A stretch of DNA of 62,955 nucleotides, the filler included, from Basidiobolus meristosporus CBS 931.73 (lineage: Eukaryota; Fungi; Basidiobolomycota): the NCBI GenBank assembly GCA_002104905.1. It is 3 parts of 3 records of this genome, joined end to end, with 100 filler letters (N's around TTAATTAATTAA, not from the genome) between each part and the next. Parts side by side here need not be neighbours in the genome. Positions count along the whole stretch, not along the records: positions 1 to 27,386 come from MCFE01000906.1; positions 27,487 to 45,582 come from MCFE01001073.1; 1 more part is not named here. The stretch is one strand, 5' to 3'. Made by a program: the position numbers and the translations under genes. A model generated the notes under the pieces. It saw only the letters and a list, made by a program, of their open reading frames with translations. It did not search any database and had not been told where the DNA came from. How positions within the stretch are numbered: position 1 is the first letter of the stretch; every line of letters starts with the position of its first letter. Shown in pieces: positions 24,960 through 37,478 of the stretch.

Positions 24960-27386
24960 CTGTGACAATAACTGAATGGCATTGTTGCGGTCTTGTAGCG
25001 CTCTACACAAATTTTAAATGGATCTAACTGGCCAGGGCATCCCATTGCCTTATCTGGCAAAAAACTTGACAGTCTATTGATGGCCTTACAGCAAGAATGT
25101 GAAGGCATTATTAAGGTAGTATGGCAGCCTACAGTTAGCTATGTGTAATGCTACCATACCAATATGCCCAGTGGTATTTCCTTTTTCTACCTCACCTTGT
25201 GCATTCATATGTTCAACTGTAGAATCACCTATCTTTATTTGCTTACCCACTACTATCTTGGGTATTCTACATATAGTTTGAATCAAAAAAACTATGCCCT
25301 CCTGCTTACCAACCTCTACTAATGCTAACACCTGCCGCAATTGACATACTTCTATCACATCAACTTTATAGCTTTTTAGTGTGACACTTGCAAAGTTGCC
25401 ATATACCTTGCAATGCTGGTAACATATACATCTTGCAAACATATGCTTTGTTGTTGCCACTTCTGCCATGAATACCTCCTGAATATCTGCAAAGAACTTT
25501 TTGGTACTTACCCAATATATGCCTTCTCCCTGCTGGATTCTAGTACCCCTTATAGGTGAACTCTTTGAGCTTCTTGGCATTTTGCCAATATATTACTTCT
25601 TCCTGCTGGATTCTAGTCCCCCTTATAGGTGTGCTATGGCTCTTGCTGGTGTGAATTCTGTATTGAATGGTGTGGAAGTTGGCATATGACCATAAGAAAT
25701 CCTGCATGCCTTGGTAGAGGTTTCCTAATAAAGGTCAGTTGCTGTTGCACCCAACCCAACTTTACATTACTTAACTAATTTTCTACGCATTTAGACTGCT
25801 TAGCTTCTTAATGCCATAGGCATTGGTGTCTCTATGTGCACATCTGTCCTCAGTGTTTTACAACTCTTCCTAGCTGTCCTCCATGTGCCAACTCATCACA
25901 TCCATGACAGACTTAAAGATAATATTCTCAATGAGATTGGGATATGGTAGTACCTGCAACTGACTTGTCTTCCTATCTTCCCACACATCCACTCCATAGG
26001 AGACTCCCAAAAGGTGAAGCAAGGCCCAATATTCTCCACACACTGTGCAAGATGGAGTAGAGAATGGATAAAGTAGTGGCAGAGATCTATGTGTTCAGAT
26101 TTATGCTTGTAGTATAGCTGCTCAAATCCTGTCACAAACTCCTTGCACAACAGCTGTAAATGTGTCAGGAGGCCTTGGTGATCTGCTTCTGCTTAAATAT
26201 TCATTCAATGTCCATATATGACTCCCAATGCTTCCAATGTACTCTTGATAGAAATGGTTTCAGTACACCACTTGAGTAAATACATATCCAGTTCATCCAG
26301 TCTTTGCATTTGTATTATTGCATATGCATATGAATATTGATTGGAGCCATAAGAAATACCTGAGGTTGTGGCTACTCTGTAATATCTTGCCAATTCTTTC
26401 AAGTTTCTCTGGTATCTTGAAGAGCTCATTTAGCTTGAAATCCCACATGTACAACATGGTCATCAGTACAGGGCTATTGTTGAAAAGCAAATGCATTTCT
26501 CCCTGTGGAAAGCATTTGCTCCAACAGATACCCTCTATCTTGAGTATCTCCAGTTTCAGATTGATTCCATATTCTGACAAATGGCTAATAGCTTGCCAAC
26601 TTTGCTGCAATTGCATGCTGACTTCTGTATGTTCTCTCTGTGGGAAGATGATGTTCTTAGTGATGGTGGCTGTGTAATAATAATATATGTCAGCTATGGA
26701 GTAAATCCCCTGGATCTCACAAATTTAATAGCAATACAGTCCATTGTGCCTAGAAAAGCCTGCTATCTTGCTGATGGCTGGGGTAGCTCTAATGCAGATA
26801 ATAAAATGCGCTTTTATATAATAGCCATTTACTGTTATCCTGCTGGAAAGCATAAAAAACTCATTTAGCAATAGATACAGGCAGCAATTCAGGTTGGACA
26901 GTGATATAGGCCCAGATACCAGTGAGACTACCATCAAATTTTTGCTCTGTTACTGTAAGATGGGTGGCAGATTCAGACTGATGAGAATCAGTGGCCAGCA
27001 GAATTTACTGGTAGAGTACTTGTTTAATGAGAATCCATCAAGTGCTAAGGCAAAGGCATGATCACACATACCTTCAAAGTAGCCCTTGCTTCTTCTCTGC
27101 TTATAATGTTTGCCATTGAATATAGTGGATATGTTGGTGGTGGATTGATACTGAGTGTGGTACTGTAGAGCTTTGCAATATTTGTTAGACTGCATTAGCT
27201 TCTTTAGATGGGGTATTACTGGAATGTATCTGGAGTGTGAGCAATTTTTCCCTCAATGGTGTTGGATTCCTTACAGCTTGGACAGGTTGCAATGGTAGCA
27301 TTTTTGGATGTCAATGCTATGCAACTGTTAACACATACTGGAATCAAGACAGTCTCTGGGTCATATGCTGCCAGCTGCTTGATGGT
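24960..27386 (-). mobile_element. CACTA/EnSpm-type transposase, most complete remnant, cut by the spacer
   Basis: ALALDGFSLNKYSTSKFCWPLILISLNLPP, VVSLVSGP, IAGFSRHNGLYC, then IHSLLHLAQCVENIGPCFTFWESPMEWMCG in the expected Tnp2/DUF4218 order. Confidence 0.82.
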
Positions 27387-27486
27387 NNNNNNNNNNNNNN
27401 NNNNNNNNNNNNNNNNNNNNNNNNNNNNNNTTAATTAATTAANNNNNNNNNNNNNNNNNNNNNNNNNNNNNNNNNNNNNNNNNNNN
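27387..27486. other. Artificial contig spacer (44 N + TTAATTAATTAA + 44 N)
   Basis: Same 100-bp layout as at 45583; the 12-mer places stop codons in all six frames. Confidence 0.97.
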
Positions 27487-27639
27487 AATGAGTATGATGA
27501 ACCCATTATGCTGTGCCTCCAAGATTTAGGAAAACAACTGTTTTATGTAGGTAATTCTTTAAAGCCATGATGGGAAAAGCCTGCTCTGGGCTGATGGTAC
27601 TAATTGGTGAGAGCTGCAACTTTCTCCTCATGCTTCCCT

Positions 27640-29750
27640 GTCTCTGTCTTGGGTAGAAGAAATGGACACCAGTCAAGTGGAACCTTCAGCTACATTGCAT
27701 CCTCAAACATAGTACCATGGAGGATGAACTTGAAGAAGACTTAGAGCTCACATTCCATATGGCAGATTAATACTTATCCCAAATGACCTCAAACACAGAA
27801 AACCATTATCTTGGCAAGTATTCTGTTGAATACTCAATTCAAGAATAATTGTTGGCTCAGGAGCATCACACAAGTACATGGCAGAATGGTTTGCCTTGAA
27901 AGCTGGGATTAGCTTGTGACCTACCAAATCCACTTCAGTCTCAACAGCTGATGGGAACTTTTGTGTAATAAGCCATATTACTCAGCCAGTAAGAATTATG
28001 ACCAATGCCATTGAAGAAGACCTACAGGCTTACAAATCTGGAAACTGCAAATTGGACCTGGTGTATGAGAACATGGCTATTCAACCATTATCCATCAACA
28101 AATTGTAGAATGCCTGCCACACAGATTGAAAAAGGCAACCAAACCAATCAACTGCTACCTGCCAAACTCAATTGCAACTTGGCCAAACTCAGTGAGTTGA
28201 ACACAAATGAGCATGCCCAGACACTGCATTGTAGAACACTTATGAAAACTACACAAATGCTTCTTATGGTGGTATTACAGAATGATTCCTCTACTCCAGT
28301 ACCTCAGAAAGCTCAGACTCTTCTGAAGGGATATTTAGAAGTGTTTCCAGATGAGCTTGTAAGCCTACCACCAGTAAAGGTCATGAATCCTCACATTGAC
28401 ACAGGATATAGCCCCCTAGTGAGTAAGACACCTTGCAGGATAAGTCCATTGGTATTGCAACAGATGAAGAGACAAATCAATCAACTATTGGAGCAAGGAA
28501 ATAGCATAACCAGCCATTCATGTTGGGGAGCACCAGTGCTTTTTACAAGAAAGAAGGATTAAACACTTAGGATGTGTATCAACTACAGAGCCCTTAACTC
28601 AGTTACCATCAGGGAGAAGTACCTCATACCTTGAATTGATGAGCTTTGGACCAACTAAATGGAGCCCTATATTCAGCAAGAATAACCACATGCCAGGATA
28701 CAACAAGATTAGGGCAAAGCCAGGAGGCATCCCTAAGAGAGCATTCAGAACCAGATAAGGACAATAAAAGTGCCTAGTCATGGGCTTGGTCTCACCAGTG
28801 CCCCTGCAACATTCATGGCCTTGATGTAAACCATCATCTAGGAGTAATTAGCCAAGTCATGGTCATCCACCTAGATGACATATTGATATAGAGAAAGACA
28901 GAAGACGACTACCTTGTGCATATTGAGATGATCCTGAAGTAGCTAAGAGAGAATAAGTTATATGGCAAGCCATCAATTTGTGAGTTCTTCAAGGAACACG
29001 TTGAGTTTCTGGGATACTTAGTCACCAGCACAGCAGTGATGTTAGACCCCAAGAATACATATAAATCAAGGATCTGAAGCAGCCTCATATCATTTCAGAG
29101 CTCTGATCATATCTTGGAATGGTTTCCTGTTATTGGAGATTGGCTTGGTCCTTTGTAGATATTGCAGCCTTTTTGGCTGATATCCTCAAGAAAAATAACT
29201 ACTTAAAGTGAGAAATTGCCTGTGAGGCTGCATCTCAAGTGCTCAAGAATGAAGTTGCCAAGCTACCAAGCTTAAGAATACCTGCCTTCAGAAAAGAGTT
29301 AACTCTCTGCACAGATACTTCTGACCATGCAATTGGTGGAGTACCAAGCCAAGAACATTAAGGAAAGGACTACACAATGGCTTTTGAGCCCAAGAAGCTG
29401 AACTCAGCAGAACACAACCTTCCAGTGCATGAGAAGGAGATGATTGCCATAATACGCAGTTGAAAACACATAGATGCCACAATAAAGGAGCCAAGTGCAT
29501 TGTAAACACTGATTGTGCCTTAATTAAGTATAAGTTTAATCAGAAGGTACTAAACAGAAGAATGACAAGATGGTTTGAGAACACTTAACAATCTGAGCTG
29601 GAGATTGTCAGCTTCTGTAGGAAATATAACACATATACTCATGCCTTGTCTAGACTAAAGCAAGGCACACACCAAAGCCTGGTGCATGAAACAGATAGGT
29701 TTAGCTTAAGATTGAAGTACTTGGAGGGCCAAGCAACTATAATGAGGTGA
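27640..29750 (+). mobile_element. Gypsy-A gag end-PR-RT-RH, heavily decayed
   Basis: Colinear with 21500-23600 (WGAPVLF, CINYRALN, KKLNSAEHN). Confidence 0.9.
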
Positions 29751-29779
29751 GTGACAATAACTGGCAGTAGCTTCCAGTG

Positions 29780-31050
29780 CAGAGCTGTCTCCCAAGTAAA
29801 CCTTTCTTATGTAAATAGTCATTAACTTGCTGAACTACTTCTTTGAACCACAAATATACTGTGATGCTTCAGAGTCAATATACCATTCATTACTTTGGTC
29901 AATTACGCACTATTGTACAATTACAAATAACTGCTCATAAGTAGTGTATGACTTGCCCACTCCAGTTACTGTCTTTTGTCTGCTTGTTTCATCTTGCATT
30001 CCTTTGCCCAGTGTCCTGGCTTCTTACAGTAGTTACAGCAACCAGGTTTTCTTTGGTTTTGTTGCTTTGTCTTCTTCTCTGTGTGCCTTTCTGTGCTGAA
30101 TGAAGCATGGTCTTCAGTTCTCTCTGCTTGATTGTTACATCTGAGTTCTTCATGGAAAAGTCTTCCTTTGACATGGTCTAAAGTCAAATTGTTGTCTCTG
30201 CTTTCAAAAGAAAGTATGAGTGGCTCATAATTGTCTGTTAGGCTGCAGAGCAGAGAGAGTTTCTTTTCTGTTGAGATATTGAACTATTTGGTATCATTCA
30301 GCAGCTAAAAATTTACTTAACAATTCTGGACCAGTCTTGGTCACTGTGGGACTAGTGTACAGCTCTAACTTTGCCACTTTCTTCATATCTTTGATCTTAT
30401 GATTATTCCCCCATAGTCAAGATCAAATTAGCACTACTACTAAGCATTATGTAATAACTGTGAAACTGTAACAAAATGCTTCTGAATATGGAGAAATGCT
30501 CCTTTCTTAGTGGCACACCTGTATTACTTCTATAAAGGTGTATATACTAAGCTTCTTTATTTATAAACAACAATTTAACTATTATCACTACTTCTTGATA
30601 AGTTCCTCATATCCAACTTACTTCATAAAATTGCATCATCTTCTTCATCATCTACACCAGTGTAAATACTGTAAAGTTCTTCTGCAAGTGTCTCCATTCT
30701 TGTAATGAGTTGTAGCATGTCATCATCTGGCTTCTTCCTATTGTTGACAAACTTTTGCTTTAAGTAAAGCTTGCTTGATACTGACTTTGTTCTGAGGATC
30801 TTCTCTAAGGACTCCCATGCTGCTTTGGTAGTATTTGAAGCATGGATTTGTCCAATGAAAGATCTTGCACATTGATGCCTATAGCATTAAAGGCTTTTCT
30901 CTCCTTCTCTTTATACTTCTCCACTTCTTCTGCTGTTTCTTTGGGCTCATCTTCTTTTCCTGTTACTATATTCCAAAGTGTTCTTTCCTCAAGGTGGACC
31001 TGCAACTTGATTCTCCAAAGACTGTAGTTCTTCCCATCAAACCTAAAAGA
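29780..31050 (-). mobile_element. Copia-2 gag/protease fragment carrying an inserted solo LTR
   Basis: RFDGKNYSLWRIKLQVHLEERTLW gag start and CNYCKKPGHWAKEC zinc knuckle; homologous to 8640-9500. Confidence 0.9.
30269..30638 (+). repeat. Copia-2 solo LTR inserted antisense into Copia-2 gag
   Basis: TGTTGAGA...TTGCATCA, flanked by TTTTC/TCTTC (5-bp TSD with one mismatch); the empty site is visible at about 9090. Confidence 0.88.
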
Positions 31051-31310
31051 GTGCACCAGGAATATTGAGATTACAATACTAATTTATTTATTTTAAACTA
31101 GCTCTGTACCCTGACAACTGTGAAATAGAGCTCTGCATTTTGATGGAAAGTTTCATGTTGGCATGTGGGAAGCTCTAGCACTTGAAGAATTCACTTAACA
31201 AAAGGAACACATGGCCTAGCACCATAGGAGTCCAACCTATAAACACATCTAGTTTGATACTTTGCATTACTCAAGGACTTCCCTCAGGCTGAGCAAAGAA
31301 GGTCAACCCA

Positions 31311-33150
31311 TGATACAAGTCTTCATATAAGAGTTGTAGAGGTATAGTGAGCTTAGCTAATACTGTATGCACTTAAACATGAAGCAAACTTTATTGAGGA
31401 TCCAGCAGCTCCTTATACCATTTTGCAAAACAATTGCTGACTGATTGTATTTCCTGATATGGGTTGCAGCTGAAGACTCATTAGGTTGCATTGTTATCAC
31501 ACAATTATATTCTACTTGATAAAATAGCGTTGGTCTAATAACAATCTATTGACTCATCTGCTGACTAAGATTCAATCAATAATACTGACTCACTTATGGG
31601 CTAAGCATAAGACTGATTGAAATGATAAGCAACTGATCTAACTTAAGCACACAACAGGCAGATCATAATATTCCTCCCTACCAATGCTGAAAAAGTTTGC
31701 TTAGATTGCTCTTCATGTGATATCAATATCTGGAAGGCTCAGCATTTTCATTTAGTCTTGCAAGCTTGAGCCTATCTCTTTAAAATAAGTGTTCATGGAT
31801 ATTACTTTATTTGGCAACTGGTTGGTCAGTTTATAAGGACATTCTCTGATGATCATCAATGGTTCTGTGTGTTGTGGCTCAGACTTCTTCTGAGTGCTAT
31901 ATCTTAATAATTCAAAGTTCCCAACTGTCAAAACCTCTTGTGATATAGCTTTGTCATATTGCGTCTTTATCTTCTCTTCACCTTGAAAGATTCTGGTCTA
32001 TGCCTCATGACGTTTTGAGTCAATGTTGGTAAACACTGGGCTGATGGAGTTTATCAATCAAGCAGTTGGTGAGTGCAGTTGTGTGAGATCTGCTTAAGTA
32101 AAGTGGCAATTTTTGGGTAGTGCTGTGCACTCTAGCTCTATAGGCAATGTACTTGGTGAATATACTTGTTCCACCCACTTAAAGCTCCATTTCCATGCTT
32201 GGTCAGTATTTTTTCAAATAATCCTTCAAACAGCTTAATGACTCCATTAGTTCTAGGGTGATATATCAGAGTTTACAAGTGCTTGACCTGCTGCAGTTTC
32301 AGGGAGGCTTCCAATATTTTTGCCATATTATTTGCTCCTCTCTTAGATAAGATTTCAAACTGTCATCCTAGCTTTATTAGTAGTTTAAGCAGGATGAATC
32401 ATGCAACTTCTTGCTCAGTGGCTACTGGTACAGCTCTAGCCACTAGCCCTCCAGTAGCATGGTCAATTGCTATTAGAATCTACCAATTGCATATGCTAGT
32501 TGCTGGCAGTATTCCAATAAAATCAGTTCCCTATCTCTTGGATGGTCCTACAGGATCCAAGGCAGAGAACTCAGCAGTTTTCTGCAGTTAGCCATAATTA
32601 ATTTGGCAACTGAGGAATGTTTATACTAGCTTTCCAACGTCTTGTTTTATTCTGAGCCACCATGTTCTAGCTTTTACATGGAAAAATAGGTTCTTTCAAT
32701 TCAAAGATGTCTAAATACATTGTGTAGCTTATGAATTTAATCCAGGTGAGCAACTTAGGAGCATTAGGTAAAGGTTCTCTGTTAACAGTTTGGTAGAGTA
32801 TTTTATCCTCAACTGTAAATTTGTATTAAAATTTGTGTGCCCCATTCAAGTATTGTAGTATTCCTGAGCTGGTGGTTGTTTTGGGATCAGTATGTTTCTG
32901 CCATATGAAGGGTGAGTTATGAGTCATCAACAAGTACATCCCCCTCAACACTGTGTTTGTGGGCTTCCATATGGTAGATGTTTCAGGTTGACAGGTGTCC
33001 ATTACTTCTCTCAGGGCAGTGCTCAGTGCCCATTCTGGCGGCAATTGAGTCTCAATCCTTTCTTCTTAAACTCTTCTGAGCTATGATTGTTCTGCACAGC
33101 CCCTGTTTCCATTGGCACAACTTCTGAGTGGACTTGTTTAATTTTATCAT
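31311..33150 (-). mobile_element. Gypsy-A remnant: 3' LTR (31311-31670), integrase, gag-end fragment
   Basis: Homologous to 41515-43000 and to the reverse complement of 21400-21540; many deletions. Confidence 0.8.
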
Positions 33151-33649
33151 GCCAGGACATGCCACACAATCAGTGGTTGCTAAGAACAACTAGGTATGAT
33201 GCTGTAGCTACCAGAAGGAATAATTGCTCCTGGACAATCTTGCACAATATTGCACAATGTGACATGATGAGGCTGGCATGGATGATTGAGCCAAATTGTG
33301 ATGTTTGCATTACATGCTCAATTGGAAACCACTATTGTCATAGGTAAAGTCCGGTATTTGGATAAGTTTCTTTAACAAAATTGAACAATCGCCCTCTTAG
33401 CTTTTTCTCACAGGGATAGCTACAGAAACATATGGTAATGATTCACACTGCATTACTATTTTCTTCTGACTGTCAACTTAGGTACTATTATAATCAAAGG
33501 CAGTCTTTTTCCTCCCAGTTGATAATTGTAGTGATGGAGCTTGGCAGTGCTAAATCACTCCAGATAATGTTTCCGAATCACCCTGAAGTGCCATATGATG
33601 AGACATTCTTTCTTTCTTGCCAGAGGCTTGCATTATGGAAGTGTTATGT

Positions 33650-33810
33650 TCTTCTGCTTGAATGTTTAAGTTAGATCTGTTATTAGTCAAATTGATTGGT
33701 TTTATGTTTAGCGTACCAGCATTTCAGAGTTAGCCATTAAGTGAGTAGTGTTAGTAAGCAGATAAATCAGCAGATCCTTATCAGACAAATATAGATACTT
33801 TAAGTATGAG
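33650..33810 (+). repeat. Gypsy-A LTR fragment
   Basis: CTGCTTGAATGTTTAAGTTAGATC... matches 24605-24740. Confidence 0.75.
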
Positions 33811-34749
33811 TCCAACAAGGCATACTAGCACATTCTAGACACAGGTGCCAACGGTAGATTCTTCCTCTTGAACCAGACTTCAATTCCTCACGGTTTTCAC
33901 TTACCTCTGTCAGATACTCAAGATCTTTTGCCTTCAAAAGTCCTGTGTGTAGTGCTCTTGAAATCCACTTAATGCTACATATATATCATGCAGTACAATA
34001 GTCATTTGAGGCAAAAACTGATTCAAAATCTACTTGGCTCCAGAAGGTGAGGCACACATGGATGTGTCTGGTATGTACTGCACAAATTGCCCGTAGAATT
34101 GCTTGTGTTCAGCTTTGCCATCAAGTTGCCTAACTATCAGCTAATTCTTTTTTTTCAAGGGGTCTTAATATGCATCTTTTTACATAAGTCTTCTGATATC
34201 TGGATGTACAACTCACACCACACCTTTATACACCAGTTCTTTTGTATCTGCTGACTCTCTGAAGTATCTGTTTCTGCTTTAGTAATGAGTATTGCCTGTA
34301 TATCAGAATGAAGGCTCATCATAGACACTTGGGACATTCCCAAATCATTTGGCAAGAACTTTAACAGATACAACATTGTCTTTTCTGACCCTGATAGTGC
34401 CAGCAAGCTGGGGATGGGGTTTTTCTGGGTTGTACTAAAGATGAGCTGAGACCTGGAATAGAGATAGTTCCAATGGGATTTGGAGCCCAGTATAGTAGTA
34501 TATTGGCAGCAACCTGGTTGTACATGAGATATATTTAAATAATAATTTGATTATTAAATTTCCATATATTATGTAAGATGAGTCTTGTGTAGCATTCACA
34601 CATATACAATCACATCAGTTGCAGATTTTGTATTGATTATAGACTTGCAAGTTGATCATCAACAAAATCACCAAGTCATTGCTTGCAAATGAATTCTACA
34701 AAAATTATGAGATTTTTGGCTATTGAAGAGGGTTCAATTGTAATGCACA

Positions 34750-35755
34750 GAGATTCAGATAAATCAAATGGATTGCACCAAATCAACTCAAGTTATATAT
34801 ACTAGCTGGCAGATGAAACAGCACATCCCTATTAAACAGATATAGATATGTTAAGTATAATCTACTTGGGTGATGATGATGCAATTAAATGGGTCATCAG
34901 CCACAAACTACATTGAAAATACAATTGGTCAGTAATTGATCTGGCAAAGTGTATATAAGGAGCTGATGGAACCTCAATAGAGATCAATCTAGTTTTAGTG
35001 AATACAATACTAGCTATATTCTCTATTCCTCTACAGCTCTATATCTAGACTTGTAGCACTGGTAGCAGCAATAACCAGGAACCTCCCCCCTGAAGTAAGA
35101 GGCCTCCCCTCAAAATGTCAGAAAATCAAGAATGGAAGAATGCTATGCAGCAAATTCTGGCCCAAAAGCAAAGGTTCCTCCAGATCCCTAGCTAGCAGCA
35201 ACAATGAATGACTACCAAGGTGCAGTACCAATAGGACCATGTCAAGAGTAACTTTAGTGTGAAGGTCAACCAGTGCCATGATAGATTCCATGAAAACCTG
35301 GGAAGTAGGCGCTTCCCAATTGAGGAAGCTTTCAAATCTAAGACAATTGCTCCAGAGAGCAAGCTACATTATGCAGCTTCTTACTTAGTGATGCAGCTTT
35401 GTAGTGGTATCACAACAAGATCAGGTCAGCCACTATGATGGGATAATTCTAATATCCCCCTAGGATGAGCTTGAGCCAGAAATATGGATGCTGTTGAACC
35501 CCCACACCAGTGGAAACTTCTGAGAAAGAAGTTAAAGTCACTGTGACACAAAGAAATGGTTCAAGAATACCTCTGTGAGTATATCTGTCTGCTTGGACTA
35601 ATTGAACAGATGGACCTGCTGGATCAAGTGCGATACTTTATTAATGGGTTTGAGGAAAGATCTTACAAGGAAGTGAATTATTGGACACCTCATACTATTC
35701 AAGAAGCTATCAAGATTGCCACTGACTATGACTCAGCTATGTTTGGGTTTACATT
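34750..35755 (+). mobile_element. Gypsy-A 5' LTR (ends 35058), PBS and gag remnant
   Basis: CTTGTAGCA followed by CTGGTAGCAGC; gag homologous to 20700-21330. Confidence 0.85.
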
Positions 35756-35759
35756 ATCA

Positions 35760-36050
35760 CCAGTACAATTCTCATCAAACAAGTACTCTAGTGGCTAATC
35801 TTACTGGTCACTGATTCACATCACCTTGATTGGCTGCCTCTCTTACAGTATCAGTACAGTATTCTAATGGTAGTCTCACTGGTGTCAGGACCTAAACCAT
35901 TGTTAAAACTGGGCACCTACCTGTATCCATTGCTGGATAATTTTTGTATGCTTTGCAGTGGTATAGTACTACAAAGCTGTCATATCAGAGCACATACCAA
36001 TTTCTGCATAGGAGGCACCCCAGCCTTCAGCAAGAGGATTGGCTTTTTGA
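35760..36050 (+). mobile_element. CACTA transposase fragment
   Basis: MVVSLVSGPKPLLKLGTYLYPLLDNFCMLCSG...CIGGTPAFSKRIGF. Confidence 0.75.
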
Positions 36051-36440
36051 GAAACCCTCCTTACTTAGTGTCACAGTTGTATTACTTCTACAAAGGTATA
36101 AATACTGAGTATCTCTATTAATAAACAACAGTTCAAATATTATCACTATTTCTCAATAAGTTCCTTGTATCCAAATCACTTCCTAAAATTGTAGCATTTT
36201 CATCATCATCTACACCAGCATATATACTGTAAAGTTCTTCTGCAAGTGTCTCCATTCTGGTAATGAGTTGTAGCATGTCATCATCTGGCTACTTCCTCAT
36301 GTTAAAGATCTTTGTTTTGAATAAAGCTTGCTTGATACTGACTTTACTCTAAAGATCTTCTGTAAGGATTCCCATGCTGCTTTGGCACTATTTGTGGCAT
36401 GAATTTATCCAATGAAGGAATCTTGAACATTGATACATAT
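36050..36440. mobile_element. Half Copia-2 LTR (+) joined to Copia-2 gag (-), same junction as at 30638
   Basis: LTR end TTGTAGCA (36196) + TTTTC + ATCATCATCTACACC. Confidence 0.85.
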
Positions 36441-36449
36441 GTCATGAAA

Positions 36450-37478
36450 GGCCTTTCTGATCTGAGACCACAATATATACAAGTTACAATGCAAGATTGC
36501 TGTACCTGAGTATGTCAACATTGCTGAAACAATGAAACCAATTGGTAGATGTGGCATAGGAGGCTAGGACACATTGGGGAACAGAAATCTAGCCAGTTGG
36601 TGAAAAATAAGCTTGTTTTAGGCCTTAAATACTCAATTCCAATCAAATTGAATGTTTTAAAGGGATGTGAATATGGCTAACAAGCTAGGCAACATTTCAA
36701 GAGCTCCAAAGGAATCAATACCACCAAAATATTGACTATTGTACACTCAGACCTTTCTTGGGTATTGTGTGGATACTAAAGTGTATAGAGTAATGTACCT
36801 GATGGTGTCTACATGTCCAGATATTGCAGTAGCTGTTGGAATGGTCAGTCAATCCATGCAGAATTATGGATCAGATCAAATTATAGCAGGTGAGTGGATT
36901 TTCAGATATTTACCAGGGACCATAAATATGGTACTGGAGTACTCTGGAGCAACTAATAGGCAAATATTTGATGGTCATAGTGATTCAGATTGAGGTAGGG
37001 ATCTGATTGACAGATGCTCTACCACAGGATATGTATTTCTTTATGCTGGTGCAGCTATTACTTGGGATTGCAAGAAACAACCAATTTTAGCCTTATCTAC
37101 AACTGAAGCTGAATATATGGCTGCATGTCAGGCAACTAAGGAGGCTATATGGCTACAAACATTATTCAAAGACTTCAGTTTTAATTCAGATGAACCAACA
37201 TGTATTTACAAGGATAATCAAGGTTGTATTTCATTAGCTAGAAATCCTACTAATCATGCCAGAACTCAGCACATGGATATGCAGCATTGCTTTGTGAGGG
37301 AAGCCGTAGAAAATAACTTAGTAGAGTTAGTGTACTGCCAAACTAACAAAATGGTGGCAGATATATTGACAAAACCACTAGCTATACCACAATTTGAGAA
37401 TCTCAGGGAGGAATTAGGATTAAGAAATTATTTAGTTAAGGGGGGGTGTTGAAATATTGGCCTATTTAGTATCATTCA
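36450..37478 (+). mobile_element. Copia-2 pol fragments (pre-integrase, short integrase tail, RT end-RNase H, PPT, first about 32 nt of the 3' LTR)
   Basis: WHRRLGHIG, FLGYCVDTKVYRV, MYLMVSTCPDIA, EAEYMAACQATKEAIW, MVADILTKPL; GGGGGG PPT then TGTTGAAATA at 37447. Confidence 0.88.

Noticed and set aside
27431-27442. TTAATTAATTAA palindrome as a biological site
   Set aside because: It is centred in symmetric N runs and repeated identically at 45627-45638, so it is an assembly linker.
1-36050. CACTA terminal inverted repeats
   Set aside because: No CACTA/CACTG terminus with a TSD could be located; all copies are truncated by other elements or spacers.
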